Source: Patescibacteria group bacterium
GTDB taxonomy: Bacteria > Patescibacteriota > Minisyncoccia > Phycocordibacterales > UBA9973
Direction of reading: 5' to 3'
NCBI GenBank assembly: GCA_040388575.1
Contig: JAZKBO010000001.1
Span: forward strand, 74,776-130,081
Length of the DNA stretch: 55,306 bases
Within the stretch, counting starts at the first letter, position 1. Each line of letters opens with the position of its first letter. This document shows positions 7,845-15,562 of this stretch, piece after piece. A program made the translations under genes and the position numbers. The notes beneath the pieces are model-generated. The model was given only the letters and a program-made list of their open reading frames with translations. It was not told where the DNA came from and did not search any database.

Positions 7845-10394
7845 TTAGTGTTGGACAGGGGTGATGACTACTGGAGTAGGCGTAGGCTTTTTCATTGCTT
7901 GCTTAGCCAATACAAGGAGTATAAGGATAAGAATAAGTAGCAATAACCAGCCGAATAGGGAATTAGGTAGGAAGCCTGCACCGAAAGCAAATGCTCCAAG
8001 TGTTGAGCCATCAGTGTAAGTGCTGTGTTTAGAATATGCTAGAGCGTCTCCAGTAACACCATTTGGACTGGTGTAGACCATCTGGGCTACGATAACCATC
8101 AAGCCATCATTTTCAATAAGGTTGTCAGTCTTAAACACAAAGGCAAGCTTTCCTTCATCAGCTACTTTTAAGGTGCCGATATCAAATGCCAGAGTGTTCT
8201 CGTCATTCTTGATGTCGCCATCTGTTGCTGCCTGGAAGCTCATGCGTTTTGGTAGTACCACTTGAAGCACTACATCACGTAGAGTCTCACCAGAAATGTT
8301 TTTCCATGCTACCTTACATTCACGACGTTCATTAGCAGTTACGAATTCTGAACCGCAGTCTATGGTAAGCATTACTAGAGAGTTTTCACCTGTTGTGCGA
8401 TTTACAATGGTAGTAGTACGCACTACGTTAGTAGAAGCTCCAGCCACTATGCCAACAGGGGTAACAAAGCTCAAAATATTACCGTTACTTCTCCAATCAG
8501 CATTTTCTGCTACTGCACGGAAGTAGTAAACTCTGCCAGCGTTTAGTCCTGTTATTGTTTGTAGGTTGCGGAATGAATCATTGGTAACATTTACAGCAGC
8601 AGTTCGGTTGCCTAATGCCGTACTGGTACCCCATTCAAACCAAGTGTCGGCATCATCGTTTGTGTCAGAGAGAACAAGTGAATTTAGCTCTGCAGTAGAA
8701 CTAGTGACGCCAGTTGCTGGAGTCGTGGTTGCAGTAATTGAGTTTGAGAAGTTGTCATTATTGCCGTTACCATTGTCCCCAGTTCGGAATGAGAGTACGC
8801 TGCCATTGTCGGTATCTTGATCATTCTCTGCAACTGCACGGAAGTAATAAGTAGTGTTATTGCGTAGGCCTGTTATGCGCTCGTCGAAAGTATCTGTACC
8901 AGAGCCAGTTGATTGATCGCCTGTTTCTTTACTAAGATTATTTCGGTCGGTGCCCCACTCGAACCATGCGCGAGTACCCGAGCCATTGCCATCAACTTCA
9001 CCACGTAGAGTAGCGCTAGTTTGAGTTATGTTGGTAGCACTTTTAGTAGTTACGTCCGGTGCATCACCATTGTTGCTATTGCCGTTGTCATCAGTCCTAA
9101 AGGAAATAATACTTCCTTCATCACTACCTTCATCATTTTCAGCTACAGCTCGGAAATAGTAAGTAGTGTCTCGATCGAGTCCGGAAATATGAGAGTTGAA
9201 AGTGGTTGTGCCTGAGCCAACTGATCGCTGTGATGTAGTTTCATTTAAATCATTTCGATTATCACCCCATTCAAACCAAACATTAGTAGAAGAGCCATTG
9301 CCGTCAACTTGGCCATTTAATGTTGCGCTGGATGTAGAGATGCTTGTTGCACTCTTTGTAGTAACTGTTGGGGCGTCATTACTGTTACCGCCACCGCCAC
9401 TATTGTCTGGGATTTGGCTTACTATATTGGTAATGGTGGTGTTATTGGAGTTGATTACATTATTGTTTGAATTGTTTAAGATATTTGAATCAATAGAGTT
9501 GCTTATAGTATTGTTTGTATTATTTACAACATTAGAGTTACTGATTACAGGAGCAGGAGCTGCCGTAACGCAATCAGAAGAATTGAAGTACTCGTAGTTG
9601 TCGAACAATATACCATCAGCCAAAGCCCAAATTTGGTAAGTATTCCCATTCTTAATTGAAGCTGGAGTGCTCATAGAAAAGGAATGGTTGCTCGAGTTGG
9701 TAGTTGTAGTGCCTACTACACTTACATTACTCATATTTGGAACTCCGTTATATATCGAAACAGTTACTGAAGAAGAAGGGGAGTTAGTGTTATAAACTGA
9801 ACCACTAATAGTAGAACAGCTAACATTGTAATTACCACTCATTGGGTTAGTGTTAGATGGTGCTGAAGCCGGAGTTGGAGTTGGAGTAGGTGTTGGGGTC
9901 GGAGTAGGTGTTGGTGTAGCACAGCTAGGAGTTTTGAAATTCATTAGATCTCCGCGCATGGTACTGCCGTTAGAACTCGCTACTGCTCGCCAGTAGTAAG
10001 TAGTATTTTGACTAAGGCCACTAATAGTTGAGTGGTAGCTAGAATTGGATGTGAAAGTTTGTCTAGATGTAGATAAACCTAAAGAAGAAGTATTGCCCCA
10101 TTCAAACCAAGCACTAACTGTGGCATTTTGGGCAAAAACTGCACCGTAAAGTGTAGCACTGTCGCAGTGGCTAACTACATTTTGGGAATCAGTAGAAGCA
10201 GTCGAAGGAGTAACTGAGGTATCTGGGCTGGTATACATACCCTTAACTGAGTCAGTATAAGTATAATCAGTTGCAGTATCATAGGAGGTGTAAGAAGGAT
10301 CCTTATACTGTGCGTATGAAATATTAAAAGCGCCTGCAAAAAGACCAACGGATATTGCAAGGGCGGACAGAAACATTTTTGTATTCTTATTCAT
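7845..10394 (-). CDS. large surface protein with four Fn3-like WFEWG...YYFRAVA modules, (TP)n linker, Asn-rich tract and C-terminal TM anchor
   Basis: 849 aa: signal peptide, repeated ~100-aa modules, TPTPTPTPTPTPTPTP linker, a CARDB/DUF11-like C-terminal domain, then the hydrophobic anchor WLLLLILILILLVLA. Confidence 0.8.
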   Translation of the reverse strand: MNKNTKMFLSALAISVGLFAGAFNISYAQYKDPSYTSYDTATDYTYTDSVKGMYTSPDTSVTPSTASTDSQNVVSHCDSATLYGAVFAQNATVSAWFEWGNTSSLGLSTSRQTFTSNSSYHSTISGLSQNTTYYWRAVASSNGSTMRGDLMNFKTPSCATPTPTPTPTPTPTPTPASAPSNTNPMSGNYNVSCSTISGSVYNTNSPSSSVTVSIYNGVPNMSNVSVVGTTTTNSSNHSFSMSTPASIKNGNTYQIWALADGILFDNYEYFNSSDCVTAAPAPVISNSNVVNNTNNTISNSIDSNILNNSNNNVINSNNTTITNIVSQIPDNSGGGGNSNDAPTVTTKSATSISTSSATLNGQVDGNGSSTNVWFEWGDNRNDLNETTSQRSVGSGTTTFNSHISGLDRDTTYYFRAVAENDEGSDEGSIISFRTDDNGNSNNGDAPDVTTKSATNITQTSATLRGEVDGNGSGTRAWFEWGTDRNNLSKETGDQSTGSGTDTFDERITGLRNNTTYYFRAVAENDQDTDNGSVLSFRTGDNGNGNNDNFSNSITATTTPATGVTSSTAELNSLVLSDTNDDADTWFEWGTSTALGNRTAAVNVTNDSFRNLQTITGLNAGRVYYFRAVAENADWRSNGNILSFVTPVGIVAGASTNVVRTTTIVNRTTGENSLVMLTIDCGSEFVTANERRECKVAWKNISGETLRDVVLQVVLPKRMSFQAATDGDIKNDENTLAFDIGTLKVADEGKLAFVFKTDNLIENDGLMVIVAQMVYTSPNGVTGDALAYSKHSTYTDGSTLGAFAFGAGFLPNSLFGWLLLLILILILLVLAKQAMKKPTPTPVVITPVQH
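8480..9375 (-). repeat. three tandem ~312-324 nt coding repeats (Fn3-like modules 2-4)
   Basis: The WFEWG-coding 14-mer CCCCA(T/C)TC(A/G)AACCA recurs at 9265, 8953 and 8629. A fourth, more diverged copy is at 10096. Confidence 0.75.
9868..9918 (-). repeat. (Thr-Pro)8 coding microsatellite-like tract
   Basis: GGAGTTGGAGTTGGAGTAGGTGTTGGGGTCGGAGTAGGTGTTGGTGT on the plus strand. Confidence 0.8.
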
Positions 10395-10525
10395 ATTGTG
10401 TGACCTCTTTGCAGAGGTAAATAATTATTAATAAAGTAAAAAATTGACATTCTTTACTCTACGAAATCATCAATACATAATTCATGACTTTGTAGAGTAG
10501 GAAACGTGAGGGGATTGACCCAGCA

Positions 10526-10540
10526 CGTTTCCCGGAAACG
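10526..10540 (-). terminator. palindromic hairpin just downstream of the cassette A ORF
   Basis: CGTTTC-CCG-GAAACG, 11 nt beyond the stop. No T-run, so terminator function is uncertain. Confidence 0.3.
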
Positions 10541-10550
10541 ATGCGAACGC

Positions 10551-11216
10551 TTAGTACCTGATCCAGTTGTGCGTCGCGATGACGCTCACCACCGCAAACG
10601 TACTGTCATGGTCACGAGTGGCCATGATGATCGCAGTGGTGCCGCCGGCGACCGCGCCAGCGATGAGGAAGTTGCGGACCTTGTGCGACTTCGAGGTGGC
10701 GACGGATGGAGTGAAGTCACGGCCATCTTTGCCGTTCTTTCCATCACGACCGTCCTTGCCGTCCTTCCCGTCAATGCCGTCTTTTCCATCCCGGCCGTCA
10801 CGTCCAGCAAGACCAGCAATCATGAGTGGCGCGGGTTTTGGGAACCAGTCAGAGCGTACGGGGTTTCCGCAACCGTAGACCCAGAGGGCCTTTCCCGTTG
10901 CCTTGTCGACCACCACGGGTACGCCAGGGTAGGCGATACAGGTGACGTCCTTGCCGTTGCCAGAACCATAGGTGATCTTCTGATCCGCTGCGTTGATCAC
11001 CAGGGCTTCCGTTTCCGGGTTGATCTGACGGTTCTTGTTCACTGGGTCGGCACCGACATTGCAGCGGTTGATCGAGGCTGCCTGCGCTGCCGGCTTGGTC
11101 TGGTCGAAGCTCACCCCAGCCGTAGCCGAGTCGAACTTGTCGTTGGTTTCCGCCGCCGCCGTCGTGGCGAGGGTCAGGAGCGCGATGGCCACAAGGGCCG
11201 TTAGCATTTTCTTCAT
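10551..11216 (-). CDS. secreted collagen-like repeat protein with C-terminal TM anchor (foreign composition)
   Basis: 221 aa. Sec-type signal MKKMLTALVAIALLTLATTAAA/E, eleven consecutive G-X-Y triplets (GLAGRDGRDGKDGIDGKDGKDGRDGKNGKDGRD), and the hydrophobic segment FLIAGAVAGGTTAIIMA. GGAGG lies 6 nt before the ATG. Confidence 0.75.
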   Translation of the reverse strand: MKKMLTALVAIALLTLATTAAAETNDKFDSATAGVSFDQTKPAAQAASINRCNVGADPVNKNRQINPETEALVINAADQKITYGSGNGKDVTCIAYPGVPVVVDKATGKALWVYGCGNPVRSDWFPKPAPLMIAGLAGRDGRDGKDGIDGKDGKDGRDGKNGKDGRDFTPSVATSKSHKVRNFLIAGAVAGGTTAIIMATRDHDSTFAVVSVIATHNWIRY

Positions 11217-11313
11217 ATGCGGCCTCCTCTAGGCCATGTCAGTGTGCTTTCCCGCCTCTATTGACGAGCAGGGGAGATTGTTGTTACAACCCCACCTGTA
11301 GTTCCTATTTACG

Positions 11314-11341
11314 ATTATAGCAGATTACAAAAAAATGTCAA
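11314..11341 (-). promoter_or_regulatory. near-consensus promoter driving cassette A
   Basis: On the minus strand: TTGACA (11336-11341), 16-nt spacer, TGcTATAAT with the hexamer at 11314-11319. Implies a ~90 nt leader. Confidence 0.55.
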
Positions 11342-11381
11342 GTACCCCGTAGACAAAACAGGGAGGTATGTTTTTGTGATG

Positions 11382-11453
11382 TGCCCTCACCAGGAATCGA
11401 ACCTGGATCGCAAACTCCGCAAGCTCGCATTCTATCCATTAAACTATGAGGGC
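11382..11453 (-). tRNA. tRNA-Arg, anticodon GCG
   Basis: Manual cloverleaf: acceptor GCCCTCA/TGAGGGC, T-arm CCAGG-TTCGATT-CCTGG, anticodon loop TTGCGGA. 4-nt variable loop and no encoded CCA. Confidence 0.7.
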
Positions 11454-11481
11454 AATATTTTATTGTTTTTTTAGATTAGCA

Positions 11482-11946
11482 CTAAAATCCGAGCGAATCA
11501 ATTATTTTCTCAGATGTCGGCTCCTTCATTTCTTCTTCGATAATATTTTTAGAAACAAAAACTTCACGAATTTGCTCAGCTGACTCGGGGTGGATCGGTA
11601 CACTGATGATCGGCATAAAAAATCTACTGGATTTAATAAAAAGCTTAGGATCAATTTCTTTCCGTACCCAGAAGGTGGAAATAGTTTCATAAGGGTAGAG
11701 GTGAGTGCCCATTTTTAATCCCTTTTCATTTAATTCATAAAAAACAGTGTCGGGCTTTTTAATCGCAAAAAATCCAAGGAGTACCCCGCCTAAAATAACT
11801 AAAACGGCAAAAAAATAATTGCTATAAATAATTGAGGTGATGGCCGCCGCAAAGATGATAACACCGAGAGCCCAGAACCAATCATTGCTGCGATCCTTCT
11901 CTTCATATTCGAGCGCGGACCATTGTAGAGTTTGATTGCTATCCAT
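11482..11946 (-). CDS. hypothetical membrane protein (two TM segments plus soluble domain)
   Basis: 154 aa with hydrophobic hairpin WFWALGVIIFAAAITSIIY...FAVLVILGGVLLGFFAI. No family recognised. Confidence 0.6.
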   Translation of the reverse strand: MDSNQTLQWSALEYEEKDRSNDWFWALGVIIFAAAITSIIYSNYFFAVLVILGGVLLGFFAIKKPDTVFYELNEKGLKMGTHLYPYETISTFWVRKEIDPKLFIKSSRFFMPIISVPIHPESAEQIREVFVSKNIIEEEMKEPTSEKIIDSLGF

Positions 11947-11988
11947 ACAATAATTATATCAAATAGACAGTTTAAAACAATTAACTCC

Positions 11989-12016
11989 TTGAATTCTGGC
12001 GATTTCTTGGTATAGT
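11989..12016 (+). promoter_or_regulatory. promoter for tRNA-Ser / ruvX transcript
   Basis: TTGAAT (11989-11994), 16-nt spacer, TATAGT (12011-12016). The tRNA starts 13 nt later. Confidence 0.45.
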
Positions 12017-12028
12017 TTGCATACCAGA

Positions 12029-12113
12029 GGAGGCGTGGCAGAGTGGTCTATCGCACTTGTCTTGAAAACAAGAGTGCCGCAAGGCACCGTGAGTTCGAAT
12101 CTCACCGCCTCCG
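12029..12113 (+). tRNA. tRNA-Ser, anticodon TGA
   Basis: Acceptor GGAGGCG/CGCCTCC, anticodon loop CTTGAAA, long variable arm GTGCCGCAAGGCAC, T-loop TTCGAAT. Confidence 0.85.
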
Positions 12114-12114
12114 C

Positions 12115-12510
12115 ATGAGATTTTTGGGCATTGATTATGGAACAAAGAGGGTAGGCATAGCCATCTCGGACGAGGAAGGTAAGTTAGCCTTTCCAAAAGA
12201 GGTGTTAATGAATGACGATAATGTGCTAACCAAGCTAGGGAAGATTATAGAGAGTGAAAATATAACCGAAATAGTAATCGGGGAATCTACAGATTTGGTA
12301 GGAAAGGATAACAAGGTTGCTAAAGAAATTGAAAATCTAATCAAGGAGCTTACAGTTAAATTTTTCATACCTATCCACAAACAAAAAGAATTTTTTACTT
12401 CAGTGGAGGCCCGCAGGTATGGCAATAGCGATGGTGATGTGCGAAAATCTGTAGATGCATCCGCTGCAGCTTTAATTCTACAAAGATATTTGGATAAGAT
12501 AAATAACTAA
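12115..12510 (+). CDS. ruvX: Holliday junction resolvase-like RuvX (YqgF)
   Basis: MRFLGIDYGTKRVGIA N-terminus. The ORF-track start at 12043 would overlap the tRNA, so it is trimmed to ATG 12115, 1 nt after the tRNA discriminator base. Confidence 0.85.
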   Translation: MRFLGIDYGTKRVGIAISDEEGKLAFPKEVLMNDDNVLTKLGKIIESENITEIVIGESTDLVGKDNKVAKEIENLIKELTVKFFIPIHKQKEFFTSVEARRYGNSDGDVRKSVDASAAALILQRYLDKINN

Positions 12511-12511
12511 T

Positions 12512-12841
12512 ATGATAAGCATAGATGACTTTCAAAAAATTGAATTAAGGGTGGGGAAAATTCTATCTGCAGAGAAGGTGCCAGAGACAGACAAACTTCT
12601 AAAACTCTCAGTGGACATGGGTGAGGCAACACCCAGGCAGATTATTTCAGGAATTTCCTTATATTTTCCAGATTGTGCGGTGCTTGTGGGTAAAAAATGT
12701 ATGTTCGTGGCCAACCTTGAACCCCGAGTAATCCGGGGGCTTGAAAGCCAAGGCATGATTCTAGCTGTTTCCACTGAGGATGGTGATTTTTCCCTCCTCG
12801 AGCCTAGAGATGTTATCCCGACAGGGGCTAGGGCTAAATAA
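12512..12841 (+). CDS. tRNA-binding domain protein (CsaA / EMAP-like)
   Basis: 109 aa. The pattern FQKIELRVGKILSAEKVPETDKLLKLSVDMGE...QIISGI is typical of the MetRS C-terminal / CsaA OB fold. Confidence 0.8.
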   Translation: MISIDDFQKIELRVGKILSAEKVPETDKLLKLSVDMGEATPRQIISGISLYFPDCAVLVGKKCMFVANLEPRVIRGLESQGMILAVSTEDGDFSLLEPRDVIPTGARAK

Positions 12842-12882
12842 GCGTAGCAGTAAAAAACAGAATACAGTATAATACTGTATAT

Positions 12883-13959
12883 ATGTCTAGGAATTTATTT
12901 AATAGATTTTTTCCGACACCAAGATTCCTAATGGCGCCTTCCTTCGGATTAGATATTTCTGATGAATCTTTAAAGTTCGTGGAATTAATCCCAGCCAAGA
13001 GTGGAATCAAGATAGGCCGCTATGGTGAACGTAAAATCCCAGCAGGCATTATTGAGTCAGGTAAAATAAAAGACCCGAAGAAACTAGGAGAAGTTTTACT
13101 ATCACTTCAAAAAGAAGAGGGGATACGCTTTGTGCGGGTGTCCTTACCTGAAGAACAAGTATATTTGTTTCGGCTAAAACTAGATAAAAAGGGTTTAGAG
13201 AATGTCCGCGAGGCTATTGAGCTCTCGCTCGAGGAGCACGTGCCTATTCCTGCCCAGGATGCGATATTTGATTATGAAATATTGGGCGAGAATGATCAAA
13301 GTCTGGACTTGGAGGTGGCTGCAATCCCCAAAAACGTGATTGAAAATTATTTATTAGTCTTTCGAAATTCAACCCTATCTGTCCAGTCATTCGAGCTCGA
13401 AGCGCAGGCAATATCGCGAGCCGTGATAAAGAAGGGTGATATGGAGACGTATATGATAGTAGACTTCGGGCAGACACGGACTGGAATTTTTATAATTTCG
13501 CGCGGAGTGGCCGTCTTCACCTCAACGCTAGACCTCGGTGGAGCAACCCTTTCTCAGATGATCCAGAAGAATTTTAATATTGATAAGGAAGCGGCGGAAA
13601 AAATGAAAATGAAATTCGGGTTAGAGCGCAATATGAAAAATAAAGAATTGTTTTCTGTACTTCTTAATACCGTATCAGTTTTGCGCGATGAAATTGCTAA
13701 GAATTTTCTATACTGGCAAACCCATAAAGATGAAGAAGGCAATGATCGTCCAGCGATAACAAAAGTTATTCTTTGTGGCGGGGATGCCAACCTCATTGGC
13801 CTAGCTGAATATCTATCCATCAGTATTAAAAATAAAGTAGAAGTGGCTAATGTTTGGTTAAATATCGTCGACACACAAAAGCATATTCCAGAAATTACAT
13901 TTAATCGCTCTCTTGCCTACGCGGCGGCCTTCGGACTAGCACTAGGAGACTTCGAGTAA
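12883..13959 (+). CDS. pilM: type IV pilus assembly protein PilM
   Basis: 358 aa actin-like ATPase fold pattern (GLDISDESLKFVEL..., VDFGQTRTG, CGGDANL). Followed by PilN/PilO-like genes. Confidence 0.8.
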   Translation: MSRNLFNRFFPTPRFLMAPSFGLDISDESLKFVELIPAKSGIKIGRYGERKIPAGIIESGKIKDPKKLGEVLLSLQKEEGIRFVRVSLPEEQVYLFRLKLDKKGLENVREAIELSLEEHVPIPAQDAIFDYEILGENDQSLDLEVAAIPKNVIENYLLVFRNSTLSVQSFELEAQAISRAVIKKGDMETYMIVDFGQTRTGIFIISRGVAVFTSTLDLGGATLSQMIQKNFNIDKEAAEKMKMKFGLERNMKNKELFSVLLNTVSVLRDEIAKNFLYWQTHKDEEGNDRPAITKVILCGGDANLIGLAEYLSISIKNKVEVANVWLNIVDTQKHIPEITFNRSLAYAAAFGLALGDFE

Positions 13960-13963
13960 ACAT

Positions 13964-14506
13964 ATGATTAATCTTATCCCCAATGAGGAAAAAAAGAGTA
14001 AGGTTAAGGATTTTTACTTCCGCTTGTTAGTAACATCCTTTATGGTCGTGGCAGTTTCCATGCTAGTTGCTTCCGCGGCTATTTTACCAGCTTTCTTTTT
14101 TTCCTTGGTCAAAAAAAATCTTACTGATTCAAAATTAGCTGCACAAAAGAGTGAACCCTTGCCAGCTTTAGACCAGAAGACCTTAGACGAGGTTAAGGAC
14201 CTAAATACTAAACTTAATTTAGTAGAAAAAACACAAAAAAATAAATATTCAATTTCTCAAAAAATAATTAACGAAATTGTCGCAGAAAAAATGAGCGATA
14301 TTAAAATCACCCAAATTTTATATCAGAGCGACCCTGCCAAAGGTAAAACTGTGACCATAGGCGGTACAGCATCTTCCCGAGAGCGGTTGCTTTTATTCAA
14401 ACAAACCCTAGCGGATAATGTAGCTTTCAAAAAGGTTGACTTACCCATTTCTAATTTCGTTAAGGGGTCCGATATTAAATTTTCTATAAATTTAGTTCCT
14501 GCCTAA
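13964..14506 (+). CDS. pilN: PilN-like pilus assembly protein
   Basis: 180 aa with a single N-terminal TM then a periplasmic domain. 4 nt after pilM. Called mainly by architecture and position. Confidence 0.55.
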   Translation: MINLIPNEEKKSKVKDFYFRLLVTSFMVVAVSMLVASAAILPAFFFSLVKKNLTDSKLAAQKSEPLPALDQKTLDEVKDLNTKLNLVEKTQKNKYSISQKIINEIVAEKMSDIKITQILYQSDPAKGKTVTIGGTASSRERLLLFKQTLADNVAFKKVDLPISNFVKGSDIKFSINLVPA

Positions 14507-14507
14507 A

Positions 14508-15062
14508 ATGGAAAATAAATTCAAAAAATTTAAAAAGGTACCTCTAATTGTTTCTACAATTTTACTTATTACTTCGTGCTCGCTTTTCATTTACTTATAT
14601 CAAAATACTCAAAAGAACGATCAAGTTTCAAGCGACCTCGAAAAGCAATTGAAAGATGAGGCAAGTAAACGCGAAGAGGTAAAGTCCCTTGACCGTATGC
14701 TAAAAAGCATGGAAGGCGAGAGAGCAACACTCGATAGCCACTTTATTGTTGGGGCGAGCTCGGATGCAGTTCCTTTCCTTAATATGCTTGAAACTTTGGC
14801 CCCAAAAGTAGGAGCTGAAGCCGCAGTTGCCTTGGTGGATGCGCCTAAAGATAATAGCGGCCTAGTGGTCGGAGTAAATGTGCAAGGATCATTTGAGTCG
14901 CTTTATAAATTCATAACTTTACTTGAAAACGCACCATATGAACTCGACGTCCTGTATGTTGACCTTGAGCGGGGCCAAGAGACAACATCAGCGGACGGGG
15001 TAGAAGCTCCAGTCAAATGGTCAGCAGTAATTAAGGTTAAACTTTTAAGTTTTGTCCCCTAA
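14508..15062 (+). CDS. pilO: PilO-like pilus assembly protein
   Basis: 184 aa with an N-terminal TM, a coiled coil and a C-terminal domain. 1 nt after the pilN-like gene. Called by position. Confidence 0.5.
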   Translation: MENKFKKFKKVPLIVSTILLITSCSLFIYLYQNTQKNDQVSSDLEKQLKDEASKREEVKSLDRMLKSMEGERATLDSHFIVGASSDAVPFLNMLETLAPKVGAEAAVALVDAPKDNSGLVVGVNVQGSFESLYKFITLLENAPYELDVLYVDLERGQETTSADGVEAPVKWSAVIKVKLLSFVP

Positions 15063-15069
15063 AATAATC

Positions 15070-15378
15070 ATGAATTTAAAATTCCCTAAAATTAAAAAAA
15101 CTTTCAGGAAAGGTGGACTCCATACTAACCCAGACGTGTATTGGGATATTATGCAAGCGGCAGCATTTATATTAGTGGTGTCTTCTTTTATTTTTGGATT
15201 TTATCTTTTCCGTAAAATTGATCGAGAATTTATTACTATCAATGATGATTCAAATAGCCAGATAAAACTAATCGGCAAGGAAAGAATTGATAAGATCCTC
15301 CAGTATTTTGCAGATAAGGAAAAAAATTCTAATGAAATACTAAATTCTCCCTCGCCCATCATTGACCCCTCTAAGTAA
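15070..15378 (+). CDS. small membrane protein at end of pil cluster
   Basis: The ATG at 15070 is preferred over the overlapping TTG at 15052. One TM (AAAFILVVSSFIFGFYLF). No family recognised. Confidence 0.45.
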   Translation: MNLKFPKIKKTFRKGGLHTNPDVYWDIMQAAAFILVVSSFIFGFYLFRKIDREFITINDDSNSQIKLIGKERIDKILQYFADKEKNSNEILNSPSPIIDPSK

Positions 15379-15390
15379 AAATGGTAATTT
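15362..15390 (+). promoter_or_regulatory. promoter for tRNA-Val/tRNA-Arg/rluA-like transcript
   Basis: TTGACC (15362-15367), 17-nt spacer, TGgTAATTT with the hexamer at 15385-15390. tRNA-Val starts 9 nt later. Confidence 0.45.
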
Positions 15391-15398
15391 AACCTTAT

Positions 15399-15471
15399 GC
15401 GCGCTTAGCTCAGTTGGTAGAGCGCTTCATTTACACTGAAGATGTCGGGGGTTCGAGTCCCTCAGCGCGCA
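15399..15471 (+). tRNA. tRNA-Val, anticodon TAC
   Basis: Acceptor GCGCGCT/AGCGCGC, D-loop AGCTCAGTTGGTAGAGC, anticodon loop TTTACAC, T-loop TTCGAGT. Confidence 0.9.
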
Positions 15472-15486
15472 CATGACGTCCACCAT

Positions 15487-15561
15487 GCCTTCGTAGTTCA
15501 ATGGATAGAACAGGGCTCTTCTAAGGCCTTGATGTAGGTTCGATTCCTACCGAAGGCACCA
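15487..15561 (+). tRNA. tRNA-Arg, anticodon TCT (encoded CCA)
   Basis: Acceptor GCCTTCG/CGAAGGC, anticodon loop CTTCTAA, T-loop TTCGATT, then ACCA. Confidence 0.85.
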
Positions 15562-15562
15562 G

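Larger units (their letters stand above)
10505..11300. other. GC-rich cassette A (compositional island)
   Basis: Hand counts: 10561-10620 is 57% GC and 10621-10680 is 68%, against 25% for 10381-10440. Four overlapping long ORFs in several frames, as expected for high-GC DNA. Confidence 0.85.

Noticed and set aside
9400-9918. Repetitive DNA (the TP-coding tract and the Asn-rich tract) considered as a possible CRISPR or other non-coding array.
   Set aside because: The repeats are in frame inside a long ORF and have no repeat-spacer periodicity. No CRISPR-like array exists anywhere in the window.
7845-10394. Diversity-generating retroelement target (variable C-terminal domain in a surface protein).
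   Set aside because: There is no reverse transcriptase, no template repeat and no second copy of the C-terminal region in the window.
10506-11232. Plus-strand ORFs of 232, 103 and 65 aa, and a second minus-strand 77-aa ORF, overlapping the collagen-like gene.
   Set aside because: Multiple long overlapping ORFs are expected in ~60-68% GC DNA. Only the 221-aa minus-strand frame has a signal peptide, G-X-Y repeats, a GGAGG RBS and a promoter.
12043-12114. ORF-track N-terminal extensions that overlap other genes: ruvX from 12043 over tRNA-Ser; 32172 over rpmB; 44375, 45525 and 45739 over preceding r-protein genes; 51809, 51616 and 52241 around the kinase genes.
   Set aside because: Conserved N-termini begin at internal ATGs (12115, 32304, 44429, 45558, 45757, 51677, 51700, 52301). 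The extensions are non-ATG or overlap functional genes.
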